A stretch of DNA of 63,445 bases, the filler included, from Octopus bimaculoides (taxonomy: Eukaryota): the NCBI RefSeq assembly GCF_001194135.2. It is 8 parts of 7 records of this genome, joined end to end, with 100 filler letters (N's around TTAATTAATTAA, not from the genome) between each part and the next. Parts side by side here need not be neighbours in the genome. Positions count along the whole stretch, not along the records: positions 32,376 to 41,561 come from NC_068983.1; positions 41,662 to 47,654 come from NC_068997.1; positions 47,755 to 59,609 come from NC_068988.1; 5 more parts are not named here. One strand, 5' to 3'. Positions 37,661-50,924 of the stretch are shown here, piece by piece. Each line of letters starts with the position of its first letter. Position 1 is the first letter of the stretch. Below the pieces are notes generated by a model. It was not told the DNA's origin. It was given only the letters and a program-made list of their open reading frames with translations, and did no database searches. The position numbers were made by a program, and so were the translations under genes.

Positions 37661-38525
37661 TATATATATATATATNNNNNNNNNNNNNNNNNNNNNNNNN
37701 NNNNNNNNNNNNNNNNNNNNNNNNNNNNNNNNNNNNNNNNNNNNNNNNNNNNNNNNNNNNNNNNNNNNNNNNNNNNNNNNNNNNNNNNNNNNNNNNNNNN
37801 NNNNNNNNNNNNNNNNNNNNNNNNNNNNNNNNNNNNNNNNNNNNNNNNNNNNNNNNNNNNNNNNNNNNNNNNNNNNNNNNNNNNNNNNNNNNNNNNNNNN
37901 NNNNNNNNNNNNNNNNNNNNNNNNNNNNNNNNNNNNNNNNNNNNNNNNNNNNNNNNNNNNNNNNNNNNNNNNNNNNNNNNNNNNNNNNNNNNNNNNNNNN
38001 NNNNNNNNNNNNNNNNNNNNNNNNNNNNNNNNNNNNNNNNNNNNNNNNNNNNNNNNNNNNNNNNNNNNNNNNNNNNNNNNNNNNNNNNNNNNNNNNNNNN
38101 NNNNNNNNNNNNNNNNNNNNNNNNNNNNNNNNNNNNNNNNNNNNNNNNNNNNNNNNNNNNNNNNNNNNNNNNNNNNNNNNNNNNNNNNNNNNNNNNNNNN
38201 NNNNNNNNNNNNNNNNNNNNNNNNNNNNNNNNNNNNNNNNGACTGCCAAAACGCCATTAGACACACTGCTGCTGCAGTTGGTAGTTTTTTAAAAGCACAA
38301 CAAGAAAAATATACAAAAGAAGAAGAATAAAGAAATAATAATCTATATAAAACCTGAATATTTTTTTTTGAAGACATGCTCTAAACAGCCTCAATCAAAG
38401 ATATCTGAGAGAGAACAACATCAAATGGTTTGGTTAATTCATTCTCCAACTTTTATCATTTGATTGAAGTTATTTAGAAGAGAAACGATCAAAACCAGAG
38501 AAGACATACACAGACACAGACACAG

Positions 38526-38556
<31 letters not shown>

Positions 38557-39099
38557 TGTATACTTTTTCAAGTTACATATTAAAATGTTCCTCAATATAA
38601 TATTTCTGTTAATAAAAATAAGGTCGCAAATTTTGGCAAAAGGCCACTAATTTTAAGGGAAGGGGTTAGTTGGTTACATCAAATAATGATGATGATGATA
38701 GGAGGAACAGAAGGCAGACAGATAGCTACTACCTGTCTGACCTTGACAAGAGAGGGTGTCTTACATACAGGCTGTGAAAAACTAAAAGACCTCTCAGACA
38801 GAATCAGACACAGTCTAGTCTAATGAGTTACTTCAATCTGAGGCAGGAGAGATAATAATGAGAGAAGGAGATTACTTACTATATCTGTTGTTAGCACAGC
38901 AATAAAATAACCAGAGACATTGCATTTACTCTTTGTACAGCAATAAAATTACTAATAACATAATTAGATCTTCCAAAGGACACAATATTTCATAAAGCTT
39001 GTTTTCTTGGGTTTTTCTTCTCTTGGCCCTAAAAACTCATACCTGGTTTCCATGGTGTCCGAGTGACCGAGATGATAACGTTTCCCCTGAACAGATGCC

Positions 39100-39293
39100 A
39101 ATCCAGAGTTCAAGGCCAACAAGTTTTGAGGGAAGGGGGCAACCCTAGTATTTGACTGGTACTTTATCAACCCTGAAGGGATGAAAGGCAAAGTTGACTT
39201 CAGCAGGATTTGAACTCAGAACATAAAGCATCAGAAAAATTGCTATTAAGCACTTTGTCTAACATGTTAATGATCCTGCCAACTCACTGCCTT
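39100..39293 (-). mobile_element. Family-A SINE, CpG-depleted
   Basis: gatgaaaggcaaagttgacttcagcaggatttgaactcagaacata. Confidence 0.8.
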
Positions 39294-40251
39294 TCATAGA
39301 GACAGTGGCCAGTCCTAATGGGTGAAGCAAGAGACAAACGCTCTCTCCCTCTCTCTCTCTGTCTAGATTGGATGTAAATTACAGGCCGGGATATCTGCTG
39401 CTTATTTTCTATACACGAGTAGAGCTGGAAGAAGTTAATCATTCATTTAATGTCTGAAACAGTTTGGCAGTTTATTTCCTGATAATGGAATAATAATGGA
39501 ATACAAATTCAGATTCTGTGTAGAAAACTGAGAAAATGAAGCTTTAGCATACAAGTGACAATAGACAACTGAGAGAAGCCTGTCCTGCATATGTGTGTGC
39601 GTGTGTGTGTGTGTACCCTTTTGACATCACGTGATGGTTGTAAATGAGCAACACCATTATTCAAGCAATATTGTTCATTTCCAAGTCTTCATTGGAAGAA
39701 CATGTCTGGTGATGAGAGAATGTTACCTTGCTCGGTAACAGGTTGGGGACAGGAAAATCTGCCTCAACATATTCCATCTGACCCATGATGTTGAATAATG
39801 ATTATAGATATTGTATTCTCTCTTAAATGCAGTTTTGGCCTTGAGAGTAATGTCTGACTCCTCATCACATCATCTTCTTTCCAGCTATTTCCACCCACCC
39901 ATATATAATGTGTGGTAACCATGTATCTCTTCTAGAGGAAGACACCTGTGCCTGTCCCACAATCATACTTCAGCCTCTCAACACCTGGCATAAAGCCACT
40001 GCCCTCTTCACAAACAACCCACTCAGGTGAGTCTTTCTCTTTTTCCTTGTATTACAACTTACATGGCAACCTCACTAGAGCCAGAGCCACAACGAAAAGC
40101 ATCCAATAAATAATGTGGTTGATATTAGGAAGGGCATCGAGTCTTAAAAACACTGCCAAAGTAGACACTGGAGATTGCAATAGTCTTCCAGCTCTTTGGA
40201 GCCCATCAAATCATCCAACCTAAGCTAGTATGGGAAATAGACATGAAACAC

Positions 40252-40284
<33 letters not shown>

Positions 40285-40436
40285 CATTACACACACACAC
40301 ATTTACAAGATAAAGAAATAGTATCTGTTATACAGTATTAAGAATAGAGGATAGGAAAATATAGGTTTCCAGCAAAGTATGTTAAATCAGTGATAAGGCT
40401 GAACAGAGAAAGCATCTAATTTTATTATCATTTGTG

Positions 40437-40475
<39 letters not shown>

Positions 40476-41288
40476 GTTCCTGATAATGATGAGCCAGAAG
40501 ATCCCCACTGTGCTCTGTTTCTCTTGCATTGAGCCAATGAAACAAACTTCTTACACAATCACTTCATCTACTAGAAGCAGCAGCCAAAACTGCCTCAATA
40601 CATACTCTTCTGTCTTAAAAATAGGAAAGAAGCAATGGACAATGCAGTCCTAGATACACCATATATGAAACAAACAAACAAAAAACACCAATAAAAATAA
40701 ACAGCACGTTCATTTATAGAACATCATTAAACTTAGGTTTTCTTATGATTAAGGCTGACCTAGGAAGGGATTAAAACACAAAAACATCAATAAAACCCTT
40801 GAATCATACATCGAGATACGGGGGTGGGGTGAACAATATGGAGGGAGAGAGAGAATTCACATGGAGGTCAAGAGTTTGAACTCTGAAACAGTCTATTGAG
40901 TTTGTGTTGTCCATCAGAAGACAAAATATAATTGTTTTGCTGGTCTTTTTGTCAGCAAAGCACTGAAAAATAACTGCTTTCAACTCATGGTTATTATCAT
41001 GTTCATTTGAAGGCCAAGTTTCCATGCTTGCATGGATCAGACAGAATTGGCTGAGGCAGGTTTTCTATAACCAGATGCCCTTCCTGTCACCAACCCTCAA
41101 CTGTTTCCAAGCAAGGTAATTAATATGCCAGGCATGTTTTTCATGGAAGACTGGAAACAAACAGTATTGCTTATTTCATGGTAATGCTTGTTTACAACCA
41201 TCAAAACAAAGAGGCACACACTCACACACACACACACACACACTCACACATTCTCTCTCTCATATATATCATCATCATATATCGAACC

Positions 41289-41561
41289 AAATTCGGCGAC
41301 TGGCACCGATGCCAACCGTTCCTTCATTGGATACTAAACTTTGCTTGCAAAGACATGTAGGGGCAAGTGAAATCAAAATCGTAATTGAAGCAAATTCGAT
41401 GACTGGCACCCATGCCAACCGTTCCTTCATTGGATACTAAACTTTGCTTGCAAAGACATGTAGGGGCAAGTGAAATCGAAATCGTAATTGAAGCAAATTC
41501 GATGACTGGCACCCATGCCAACCGTTCCTTCATTGGATACTAAACTTTGCTTGCAAAGACA
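41289..41561. repeat. 103-bp tandem repeat, ~2.6 copies, running into a join
   Basis: The unit starts aaattc at 41289, 41392 and 41495. Confidence 0.9.
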
Positions 41562-41661
41562 NNNNNNNNNNNNNNNNNNNNNNNNNNNNNNNNNNNNNNN
41601 NNNNNTTAATTAATTAANNNNNNNNNNNNNNNNNNNNNNNNNNNNNNNNNNNNNNNNNNNN

Positions 41662-41740
<79 letters not shown>

Positions 41741-41827
41741 CACACACGCGCACACATATATGTATGTATGTATTTACGTCATGTGCCTTAAAGCAATCTT
41801 TCAGGCTTTGTTTATGCGTTATACATA

Positions 41828-43096
41828 CAGGTGTTGGACAAAATAATGGAAACACCTTAAAATTTCATGCATATTTATTTTAATATTGAGTAGGACCGAC
41901 TTTGGCAGTAATTACAGCTTGAATTCTATGACTCGTACAAACTTTGAATTGTTTCCAAAGTAATTTTTGTCCATTCTTCAGTTAAAACAGCCTCCAATTC
42001 TTGTAGTGATGATGGTGGAGGATATCGACTCCTTACTCGTTTTTCTAAAATGCACCATAAATGTTCAATGATATTGAGATCTAGGAGACTGTGGTGGCCA
42101 GATAAGATGTTCAACTTCACTAGAATGTTCCTTGTGCCATTCAGTAACAACTCTAGCTGTGTGAATTGGTTCATTATCATCCTGAAAGATTGCGTTTCCC
42201 TCCGGAAACAGTTCCGCAACCATAGGATGAATTTGATCAGATAAAATGCTTAAATAGTCTTCACTATTAATTCAGCTATGAAAGGAAGTCATTGGGCCGA
42301 CAGATTTCCAACATATAGCCCCCCTCCCCCCCCCAGATCATCACAGATCCTCCTCCATGTTTAATAGTTGGAAGAAAGGAGTCTGGGTCAAATGCTTCTT
42401 TTGCCTGTCTCCACTCGTATACTCGACCGGTAATCAGAAATAAGGTAAAGGATGACTCGTCCGAGAAAATAACATTCTTCCACTGCTCTAGGGATCAAGT
42501 CTGTAGGTTTTTACACCACTCTAAATGCTTTGCAACGTTTGTTTTTGAAAGTAGTTGTTTTCTGATTGCAGCTCTCTCGTGAAATCAGACTTTATGCAGC
42601 TCCCGCAAACAATTTTTTTGAAACTAGGTTCTCGAGGTGATCATTAAGCTCTGCAGTAATTTTGGGAGTTGTACTTTTGTGATCCTTTCTAACAATTCGC
42701 GTAAGAGTCCGACGGTCTCTATCTGAAAGTTTTGGTTTTCTTCGGAGTTCTGTTTCGACGAAGAGGTTTTTTCCTCTTTCTCAAAGGCTGTCTTTACTTT
42801 CGAGACAGTACTTCTTGATGCACCAATCATTCCGGCTGTTTTCGTTACGCTAGCGCCTGCCATACGAGCACCAACCTCTTTGAAAGTCTGAGAGATCTGT
42901 CATTTTATGAATTTTAATTACCGTTTTCTGATGATTTCTGAAAAGAAACAGTAATTTTAGCAAAACATATTAAGCAACACTAATAATAAATAAATAAAAA
43001 AAACATAAAAATAACCAAGCTTTTCATGGTTTTCTAGATATTTCAAAATTATGATTCGATGAAGCTTGGTTTTTCCATTATTTTGTCCAACCGCTG
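41828..43096 (-). mobile_element. Full-length decayed Tc1 transposon (1269 bp)
   Basis: TA|caggtgttggacaaaataatggaaa ... ttccattattttgtccaaccgctg|TA. Transposase remnants include GASVTKTA, FSDES and DLNIIEHLW. Confidence 0.92.
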
Positions 43097-43148
43097 TATA
43101 TACACACGACGAAAAAAATTAGTACTCGAATACCAAAGGAAAAGTATG

Positions 43149-43294
43149 CTTTTATTAAAACTACCAAATATCTTCACAAGCTGTTACTCAGAGTTTCACA
43201 TTCCAATTCGTCCGCCAGTATGATTACAACTGTTCGACGAGCGGGAACGTGAAACTCTGAAAGTTTGTGAAGATTTTTGCAGCTTTAATAAAAG
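43149..43294. repeat. Inverted repeat carrying two opposite-strand decayed hammerhead motifs
   Basis: Arms tcttcacaagc..cagagtttcac..tcgtc and gacga..gtgaaactctg..tttgtgaaga. Confidence 0.7.
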
Positions 43295-43304
43295 TTTTTA
43301 TATT

Positions 43305-43470
43305 GTTGATTACATCGATCCTAGTACTCAACTGGTACTTATTTTATCGACCTCAAGAGAATGAACGGCAAAGTCGACCACAGGGGCATTTGAACTCAGA
43401 ACGTAATGCTGGACGAAATGCTGTTTAGCATTTCGTCCGACGTCCTAACGTTTCTGTTAGCTCGCTGCCT
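43305..43470 (-). mobile_element. Family-A SINE (older)
   Basis: Core and head similarity. Confidence 0.8.
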
Positions 43471-43879
43471 TATAAGCATATACATATATACACACAATAA
43501 AATTACTGTCAACTTTTCTGAGTTCTCCTACATTTTGATAGCTTCGCATCTCAAGGATTTCTTCTCACCAAGCAAGTTTGAAAGGGCTGCAGGTTTTGTC
43601 GATGGCGACGATGACCTGAACATGTAGCAGGTTGTGCGTAACATATTTCGAAAAGGAAAAACATAATGTAACCTCGAGAGAGCGAGAGAGAGAGAGAGAG
43701 AGAGAGAGCGAGCATATATGATAATAAAATTAGTGGAAGGATATAAGTAATAAATGAAAACCTGGCGGATTTGATCTGAAAACCGCTGGAAAGACTATAC
43801 AGGCATGCAAACTATCATGTGCATACACATACATATAAACACACAGATACTTAATATAAATATATCTGTGTGTATGTGT

Positions 43880-44072
43880 GTGTGTCAGTTTGTACCCCAC
43901 CACCACTTGACAACCGGTGTATTTACATCCCCGTTGCTTAGTGGTTCGACAAAATTGATTGATAGAATAAGCTCTTGGTTTAAAAATTAAAATGAGACTT
44001 GGGTTCGATTTGTTCGACTAAAACCCTCGTCTTGGCCACAGTCAAATGACTGAAACAAGTAAAAGAATAAAA
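43880..44072 (+). mobile_element. SINE B/C tail half
   Basis: Ends gtcaaatgactgaaacaagtaaaaga. Confidence 0.8.
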
Positions 44073-44522
44073 TATATACACATACACAGACATATAAATG
44101 TGTGTTAAACACTTGCTCAATGTGTCATGAAGTCATCTTTATTTACGCACCAAAATTGGAGGATTTTAAGTACATTTCAACTTTCGTTGAGCGATTTATG
44201 ATCAAAGCTTTCCTGTCATAACCACACCGTCTTTTATTCGGGAGCGCATTAATCACCGTGTCCTTCGGATTCGAAAATTGTACGCTGGTATACGACTCGG
44301 CTGCTATTTTTATTGTCAAGTAACTGCGCGTTGGTTCACTTACTCGCCGTCTCCTATATTCCGACGCTGATGGAGTAGACATATCATCAGCGATATTCTA
44401 GCCGTGGTCACCTCGTCTTTTTAGCGGTATCAGACACTAAATTAGTCATCGAATTCTTTTTTTATTCAAGACAGTAAGGTTAATTCGTTGCTTGGTACAT
44501 TAACATCTTACTAAGTTGGACA

Positions 44523-44556
<34 letters not shown>

Positions 44557-45529
44557 ATCCATATGTGTGTGCGTGTGTATTAAATGCTCTAAATGGTATA
44601 GACGTTATATATAATATAAATATATGAGATATATATATATATATATANNNNNNNNNNNNNNNNNNNNNNNNNNNNNNNNNNNNNNNNNNNNNNNNNNNNN
44701 NNNNNNNNNNNNNNNNNNNNNNNNNNNNNNNNNNNNNNNNNNNNNNNNNNNNNNNNNNNNNNNNNNNNNNNNNNNNNNNNNNNNNNNNNNNNNNNNNNNN
44801 NNNNNNNNNNNNNNNNNNNNNNNNNNNNNNNNNNNNNNNNNNNNNNNNNNNNNNNNNNNNNNNNNNNNNNNNNNNNNNNNNNNNNNNNNNNNNNNNNNNN
44901 NNNNNNNNNNNNNNNNNNNNNNNNNNNNNNNNNNNNNNNNNNNNNNNNNNNNNNNNNNNNNNNNNNNNNNNNNNNNNNNNNNNNNNNNNNNNNNNNNNNN
45001 NNNNNNNNNNNNNNNNNNNNNNNNNNNNNNNNNNNNNNNNNNNNNNNNNNNNNNNNNNNNNNNNNNNNNNNNNNNNTACTGATTCCAAACTACAAATTTT
45101 TCTCTAAAGTGGATGGCGATATTTATGGCACACATAGAACAAAAAACCGGAGGGAAAAGCGTAAACAAACCAAGCCTTTAGTTAATTGGATACGAATCGT
45201 TTCATGGTTAAGTGAATGGAAATTTCACTATTCCAATCTTCAGCCCAAATATTCTGATAAATTTGAAAGTGTCTCTAAAAAAATTCACGGTAATTTTTGG
45301 CCATGCGACACCAAAAATCAACGATAAGAAAGGCACTTACGAATTCATCGGCTAGCGAGTTCAGGCACCTCACCTCAAAGAAATCTATTCCGTGTGCGTC
45401 ACAAATAGTCCCGTATAGATACACACACACATACACATATATATTTATATGTGTGTGTATGAATATGTGTATGTATATATTATATCTATTCATCTATCTA
45501 TCTATCTATCTATCTAACATTACTGTGTG

Positions 45530-45731
45530 ATACACGATCCCTATTGATCGGCCTTTCCTTTTCTTTTTTTTTCGATCCCTTTTGATCGAACTCCCCCTTT
45601 TTCCCTTCCTACGATCCCTTTTGATCGACACCACCATTTTTTTTTTTCCCCTTCCTCCCCCCTCCCAAAAAGAAAAGCTCTACATTGTATTTGTCCCATC
45701 TTCGTTGAGCCCTGTGTGGCTAATAAAAGAA

Positions 45732-45733
<2 letters not shown>
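45530..45733 (+). mobile_element. 3' tail fragment of a Tx1-like LINE (or related SINE) inside (CTAT)n
   Basis: Pyrimidine-rich UTR ending tttgtcccatcttcgttgagccctgtgtggctaataaaagaaat, with (CTAT)n on both sides. Confidence 0.55.
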
Positions 45734-45778
<45 letters not shown>

Positions 45779-45791
45779 CATCCATCCGTCC

Positions 45792-45867
<76 letters not shown>

Positions 45868-46885
45868 GCTTATCTATACCTGTTCCTCTCACTTTGTTTT
45901 ATCTTGCTCTTTCACACCTACACACAAATACATACACCCCCCTCACACACACACACACGGGCGCGGAGTCTGTTATACTATTTCGCTCATTATCTGCCTA
46001 TCTATCATACTTGCTCTATCTTAATATGACGCCCACACACACAGTATGTGTATCTCATTTCAGTGTGTCACCACCCAGTATTCAAAGAAGTCGATACATT
46101 TGACAATTTAATTATATCAAAGATAATGTCTTGTGTGTTTATGACTGTGTGTATGTGTGCATATGTGTTTGCGCGCGCGTGTATGTGTGTGTGTGCTCGC
46201 GTGTGTGTGTTCGTATGTGTGCTCGTGTGTGTGTGCGCGCGTGTGTGTGTGTGTGTGCTCGTGTCTGTGTGTGCACGCAACTATGTTTCTAGGTATGAGT
46301 ATATATAAGATTATATGTGTTTGCATATATATTTCAGCATTTATATAAGTATGTGCATGAGTGAGCGTGCATGTTTATATATAAATACATACATACATGT
46401 ATATATTCACGTATGAATATATGCGTATATGTATGCGCGTATGACTTTGTTTTACTGAATATGCGTGCGTCTGTAAATATATTGATGGACGTAGCTATGT
46501 ATGTATGTGTATGCATGCGTGCATGTTTCTCTTCATACATTTCACGTCCCCTGCCAAGGTGTCTACTCCCAACTTGTCTGTCTTAAAATATTATATCTAT
46601 CTATCTTTATTGATTAAGCTATCATCTACATAACTACCTTCCCTGCAGCAGTCCATTCATCTCTCAATATTTTTACCTTAGTGATAATAGTTCTTTCTCT
46701 TTCAAATTCTCCAGTACATATTGCTAACAATTCCGTTACAGTAACAGACAACAAATTATTTTAGTATCCATTCATCCATCGATCTATCGATCAATTGATC
46801 CCTCCATCCAGCTATCCGTTCGTCCGTCCATCCACCATCTATCTGTCTGTCTGTGAAACTATCATGGTGCGCGCGTGTATATATA

Positions 46886-47600
46886 CAGGATGCGGTGAAT
46901 ATATTGTCGTCTGAATTACGCAAAAATGAAAATAACACTGACATCTCATTTGAACATATATATTTATCAAAATTACATGAAATATTAAAGAGTAAATTTA
47001 TTCAATAAAAGTGCCATTGGCATCAATCACGGCCTCCACAGACTGCGGAACCTCCTGCAAATCTTCTGGACGGTCCCCTAATTTAAGTTGGAGAAGGCTG
47101 CCATAATCCTTGCCTTCAGTTCATCTTTGGTGTTACAAGGAATTTTGTTGGTCTCTCTTTCAACTGCGTCCCACACATAATAACCAAGAGGGCTGCAATC
47201 TGGGGAGTTAGGTGGCCAGATTTTAGGGGTGATGTGGTCGCAGAAATTGCCGGACAGCCATGACTGGGTCCTCCTGCTTGTGTGACATGGTGCAGAGTCC
47301 TGTTGCCAGAGTCCTTCCAGCAGCCACCCTCTTGACCGAGGGCAGCACTACCACCTCCAGGCACTTGATGTAGCTCTTCGTGTTGAATGTGAGGCCGTGT
47401 GGGAGAAGAATGGAAGCATAACGTCGCCATCACTTATGATCACTCCAAACACCATGAAGCTGACTGGATGTTTGGTTTTTATCACTCTCGGTACATGCAC
47501 TGTCCTCAGATACACAACTAAACACACTGAAATGTTCGTATTGGAACTTCCGGTGCGAATGCCAAGCAGTACAGAATATTGTTTCCAACTTTCTGGCAGA

Positions 47601-47602
<2 letters not shown>
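46886..47602 (-). mobile_element. Tc1/mariner-superfamily (maT/DD37D-like) transposon 3' part
   Basis: MVFGVI.SDGDVM, QQDSAPCHTS, WPPNSPDCSPLGYYVW. Terminus TA|cagg at 46886. Confidence 0.8.
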
Positions 47603-47654
<52 letters not shown>

Positions 47655-47754
47655 NNNNNNNNNNNNNNNNNNNNNNNNNNNNNNNNNNNNNNNNNNNNTT
47701 AATTAATTAANNNNNNNNNNNNNNNNNNNNNNNNNNNNNNNNNNNNNNNNNNNN

Positions 47755-47816
<62 letters not shown>

Positions 47817-47833
47817 CATTATTATTATTATTA

Positions 47834-47906
<73 letters not shown>

Positions 47907-48159
47907 CGATCGTGATTTCAATTCCTAGAGCGAGTGGTGCATTGTGTTCTTGAGCAAAACACTACTTCTCACCTCGCGTGTCGTACACCATGCACCTGTT
48001 CAGACCATGTCGAGTTGATGGCGAGAGTGATCTAATGTGCTGCAATTAACATTTAGTCACTATAAACAAATCATCTGTGCAGGTCGTTCGGCTTAAGTTG
48101 AACACTCATACGTCGTTTTCAACAAGAGAGGCCATTATTATTTTTTTAATTAATTCATG

Positions 48160-50690
48160 AAGTTAAACGTAACTCTTCAGAAAGGGACGACTTGTAATAG
48201 AGATTCGTTCTGTTTATTGAAGTGAGTATGTCTCTCTTCTTCGGGTTCAAAGTGAAAACAAAATAACGCAGAAATACAGAAATTCACAATATGAACGGTG
48301 ATATCCTGCGTTTAAAACAAAATGACTCCATCAGTTTTCATTTTTCCATAACTGGTAAAAAGGAAAAAGTAAAAATGCGTAAAAATAAAACAGGAAAGAG
48401 AAACTTAATCAAAATGTTTTGTTATATAAGTAATGAAATTCGCATGTCAATTTGTTCATTCCTTTAGGATGTGACATTAGTAACCCACAAATACATGTAT
48501 CTTCATCTATTCTGAGGACTGAAAGTGCAGTTGAGTCAGAATATTTTCTGAGAATGTGCACTGTCAGGGTTTCCTCAAAATTACAGCCGTTCGTTGTAAA
48601 AATTTCAGGCAGTTCCGTTGAACTACTGCTATTGTGCTGACGTCTACCTATGCCCATTGAATCTTTTATTTAATTTTTCTATTGCGCAACCAACATAAAT
48701 TGTGTTTGGTGCATTCCACTACGTACATTTCTGTTATACGTTGTGATGGATATCACTTGTCATGTTGTTGTACAATAAAGGGGGCTTACCTCTTTTGAGA
48801 TTATTTCAGGATACAACCTTCGGAAACTCCAATGGTTGTTTTATAGTGATTAGACATAGTGGTTAATTGCTCTCTTATATCATTATTGGATCTACAATAC
48901 ATGAATGAGGAAATATTTACGTGGAACGAGGATATTTTTCTGAAATATGCTGTGACGTTCATGCAGCATTTTTAAAATGCCAGCGAAATTGCTGTGTCCT
49001 TTAATCACAATACAAATTCAATCACATATTTTACTTTGGCTGCTAAAATTATGCGGGTAAGTTTGGCTTTCCTTGCTAATTTTAGTAATGTCATTTGCGA
49101 TCTTTTTTATTCGTCCGCATTTGAAATAATTTCGAACCAAAAAAAAAGCATTTCCATGTTTCCAGTAATCTTCTGTGTCTGTACAAATCCGTTATACCCG
49201 ATAATCTGGGATTTCGTATCTGACTTAATTGTTTTATGTGTATGATTGGATCGGCGCTGAACGTAAATTCGGGTTGATATGGGCTTGCAAAATAAATCTG
49301 TCACTATTCCATCTTCTAAAATCTTAACTTTTGTGTCCAATGATTCGACGCTAGGAGCAGGATTTTATGTTGAACTTAAAACAATATCTTTGCGCCAGAT
49401 AGTCAGAGAAATACAAAAATAGTCTATTCTGCGATTATTCCCAGACAAAATGAATCGTAGTCAGACTATTGGTTCATGATCGTGCAGGGATTTGAATGTC
49501 TCCATCAATTGCGTCTCAAATCTTGTCATGGGAACATTTGCAACATTAACTGTCAAAGGAGTGCCCATATCGCATCGCCATGTCTGGCGGTAAATTTTTT
49601 GTCTAAACTTAATTGTGTTACTCTTTAACGCGAACTGCAATAGCTTACAGAAACAATAGGATGTAATTCTTTTGTTTGATTGTTTTTCAAATGCATTCAT
49701 GCATGATTTCTCGCTTCAGAGGACAAAACGACTGTCAGCCTGGAGATAATTTATTTGAATTTGTTGTATTTCTGGAGTTATGTTTGTTATCTCGAGTTGG
49801 TATCTATGTGGCTATGTCTTCAGATACGGATAAATTTGAATTGTCATAAACATAGTCCTCTCCGAAAAAATTGGTTTATGAAATGATTGGTTTTAGTTTG
49901 ATAGATAAACAATATGCGGTTTGCACAGTATGGGAGAATCTAGAAAGTCGCGGACAGATTATGGCTATCCGGTTTTAAGCTTTTATTTTCCAATATATCT
50001 TTTGTGAAGCAACATCAGCCAAACAACTTTTCCCTTACACAGTGTGATTTGTTGAATATTTGGTCACTATTGCTAATAATTTGAGCAATCATATAGTGGC
50101 TCTTGTATTGACTCCTGTATAATGATCTCAAAGTAAATAATCAATGCAATGAATGTATTACGTTTTATGGACAATATTTTGCAATGCGTCTGTATAGCAT
50201 TTGAGCATTATATTGCCTCACGTTTGCTACAAATTTATTTTATCGATATTCATGACTATTAGTTTAGAATCTATTTGCCCCATAAGAACAATATACAATA
50301 CACCGACCACATTCTACAAATTTCAAAAGAAAACACTAGCCTACATCAATTCATCAAAAGTAAAATCTAACCTAAATCACCGAAAAGGATACTGCCAAAA
50401 GCGAAATTATACCCAACAACAACGGAACCAGGAGTTATAAGATGCCACGTCCAAACTGTGTAACGTGCCTCAACTTAGTGGAAGGTTCTGAATTCTACTT
50501 CAGACAAGAGCAGTGATTCACAAATGCGACTGATTGCAAGCAACCTAGCGATAGAGAGAGCTTGGAAGTGTTAGCTAAGAGAAATGCATATATCGACATC
50601 ATAAATAACAAACTATCTTTTGAATGGGCATACGTGCAGATGCAGCTGTTTCAATAGACATATGCCTATGCAGTGACACCACTATGTAGG
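48160..50690 (-). mobile_element. Long decayed Penelope-like element (RT and GIY-YIG)
   Basis: FALKSNTIKF...YRQT..MGTPL...AN..M..FE, TDLFCKP..IYV..SNH and YVVECTK...VG....KRFNGHR remnants. Confidence 0.8.
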
Positions 50691-50889
50691 TAAGTATATT
50701 CAATCCGATATTTTAAATATGTATATTCAATGCAGTAATGATAAGTAAATATGTTTATATATATGTAGGAGTGCACGCATGTGTATCTATAGTTTTATAA
50801 GTATGCTTATAGTTTACCTTTGAATATATATGTTTACACACACACGCACAAACACATGTACATATATAGATAGATAGATAGATAGACAT

Positions 50890-50924
<35 letters not shown>

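Noticed and set aside
36852-41561. 22-bp and 103-bp repeats as CRISPR-like arrays
   Set aside because: No unique spacers, eukaryotic context, no cas genes.
42925-42965. CTGATGA...GAAAC.GTA inside the Tc1 element
   Set aside because: No stem I pairing; coincidental.
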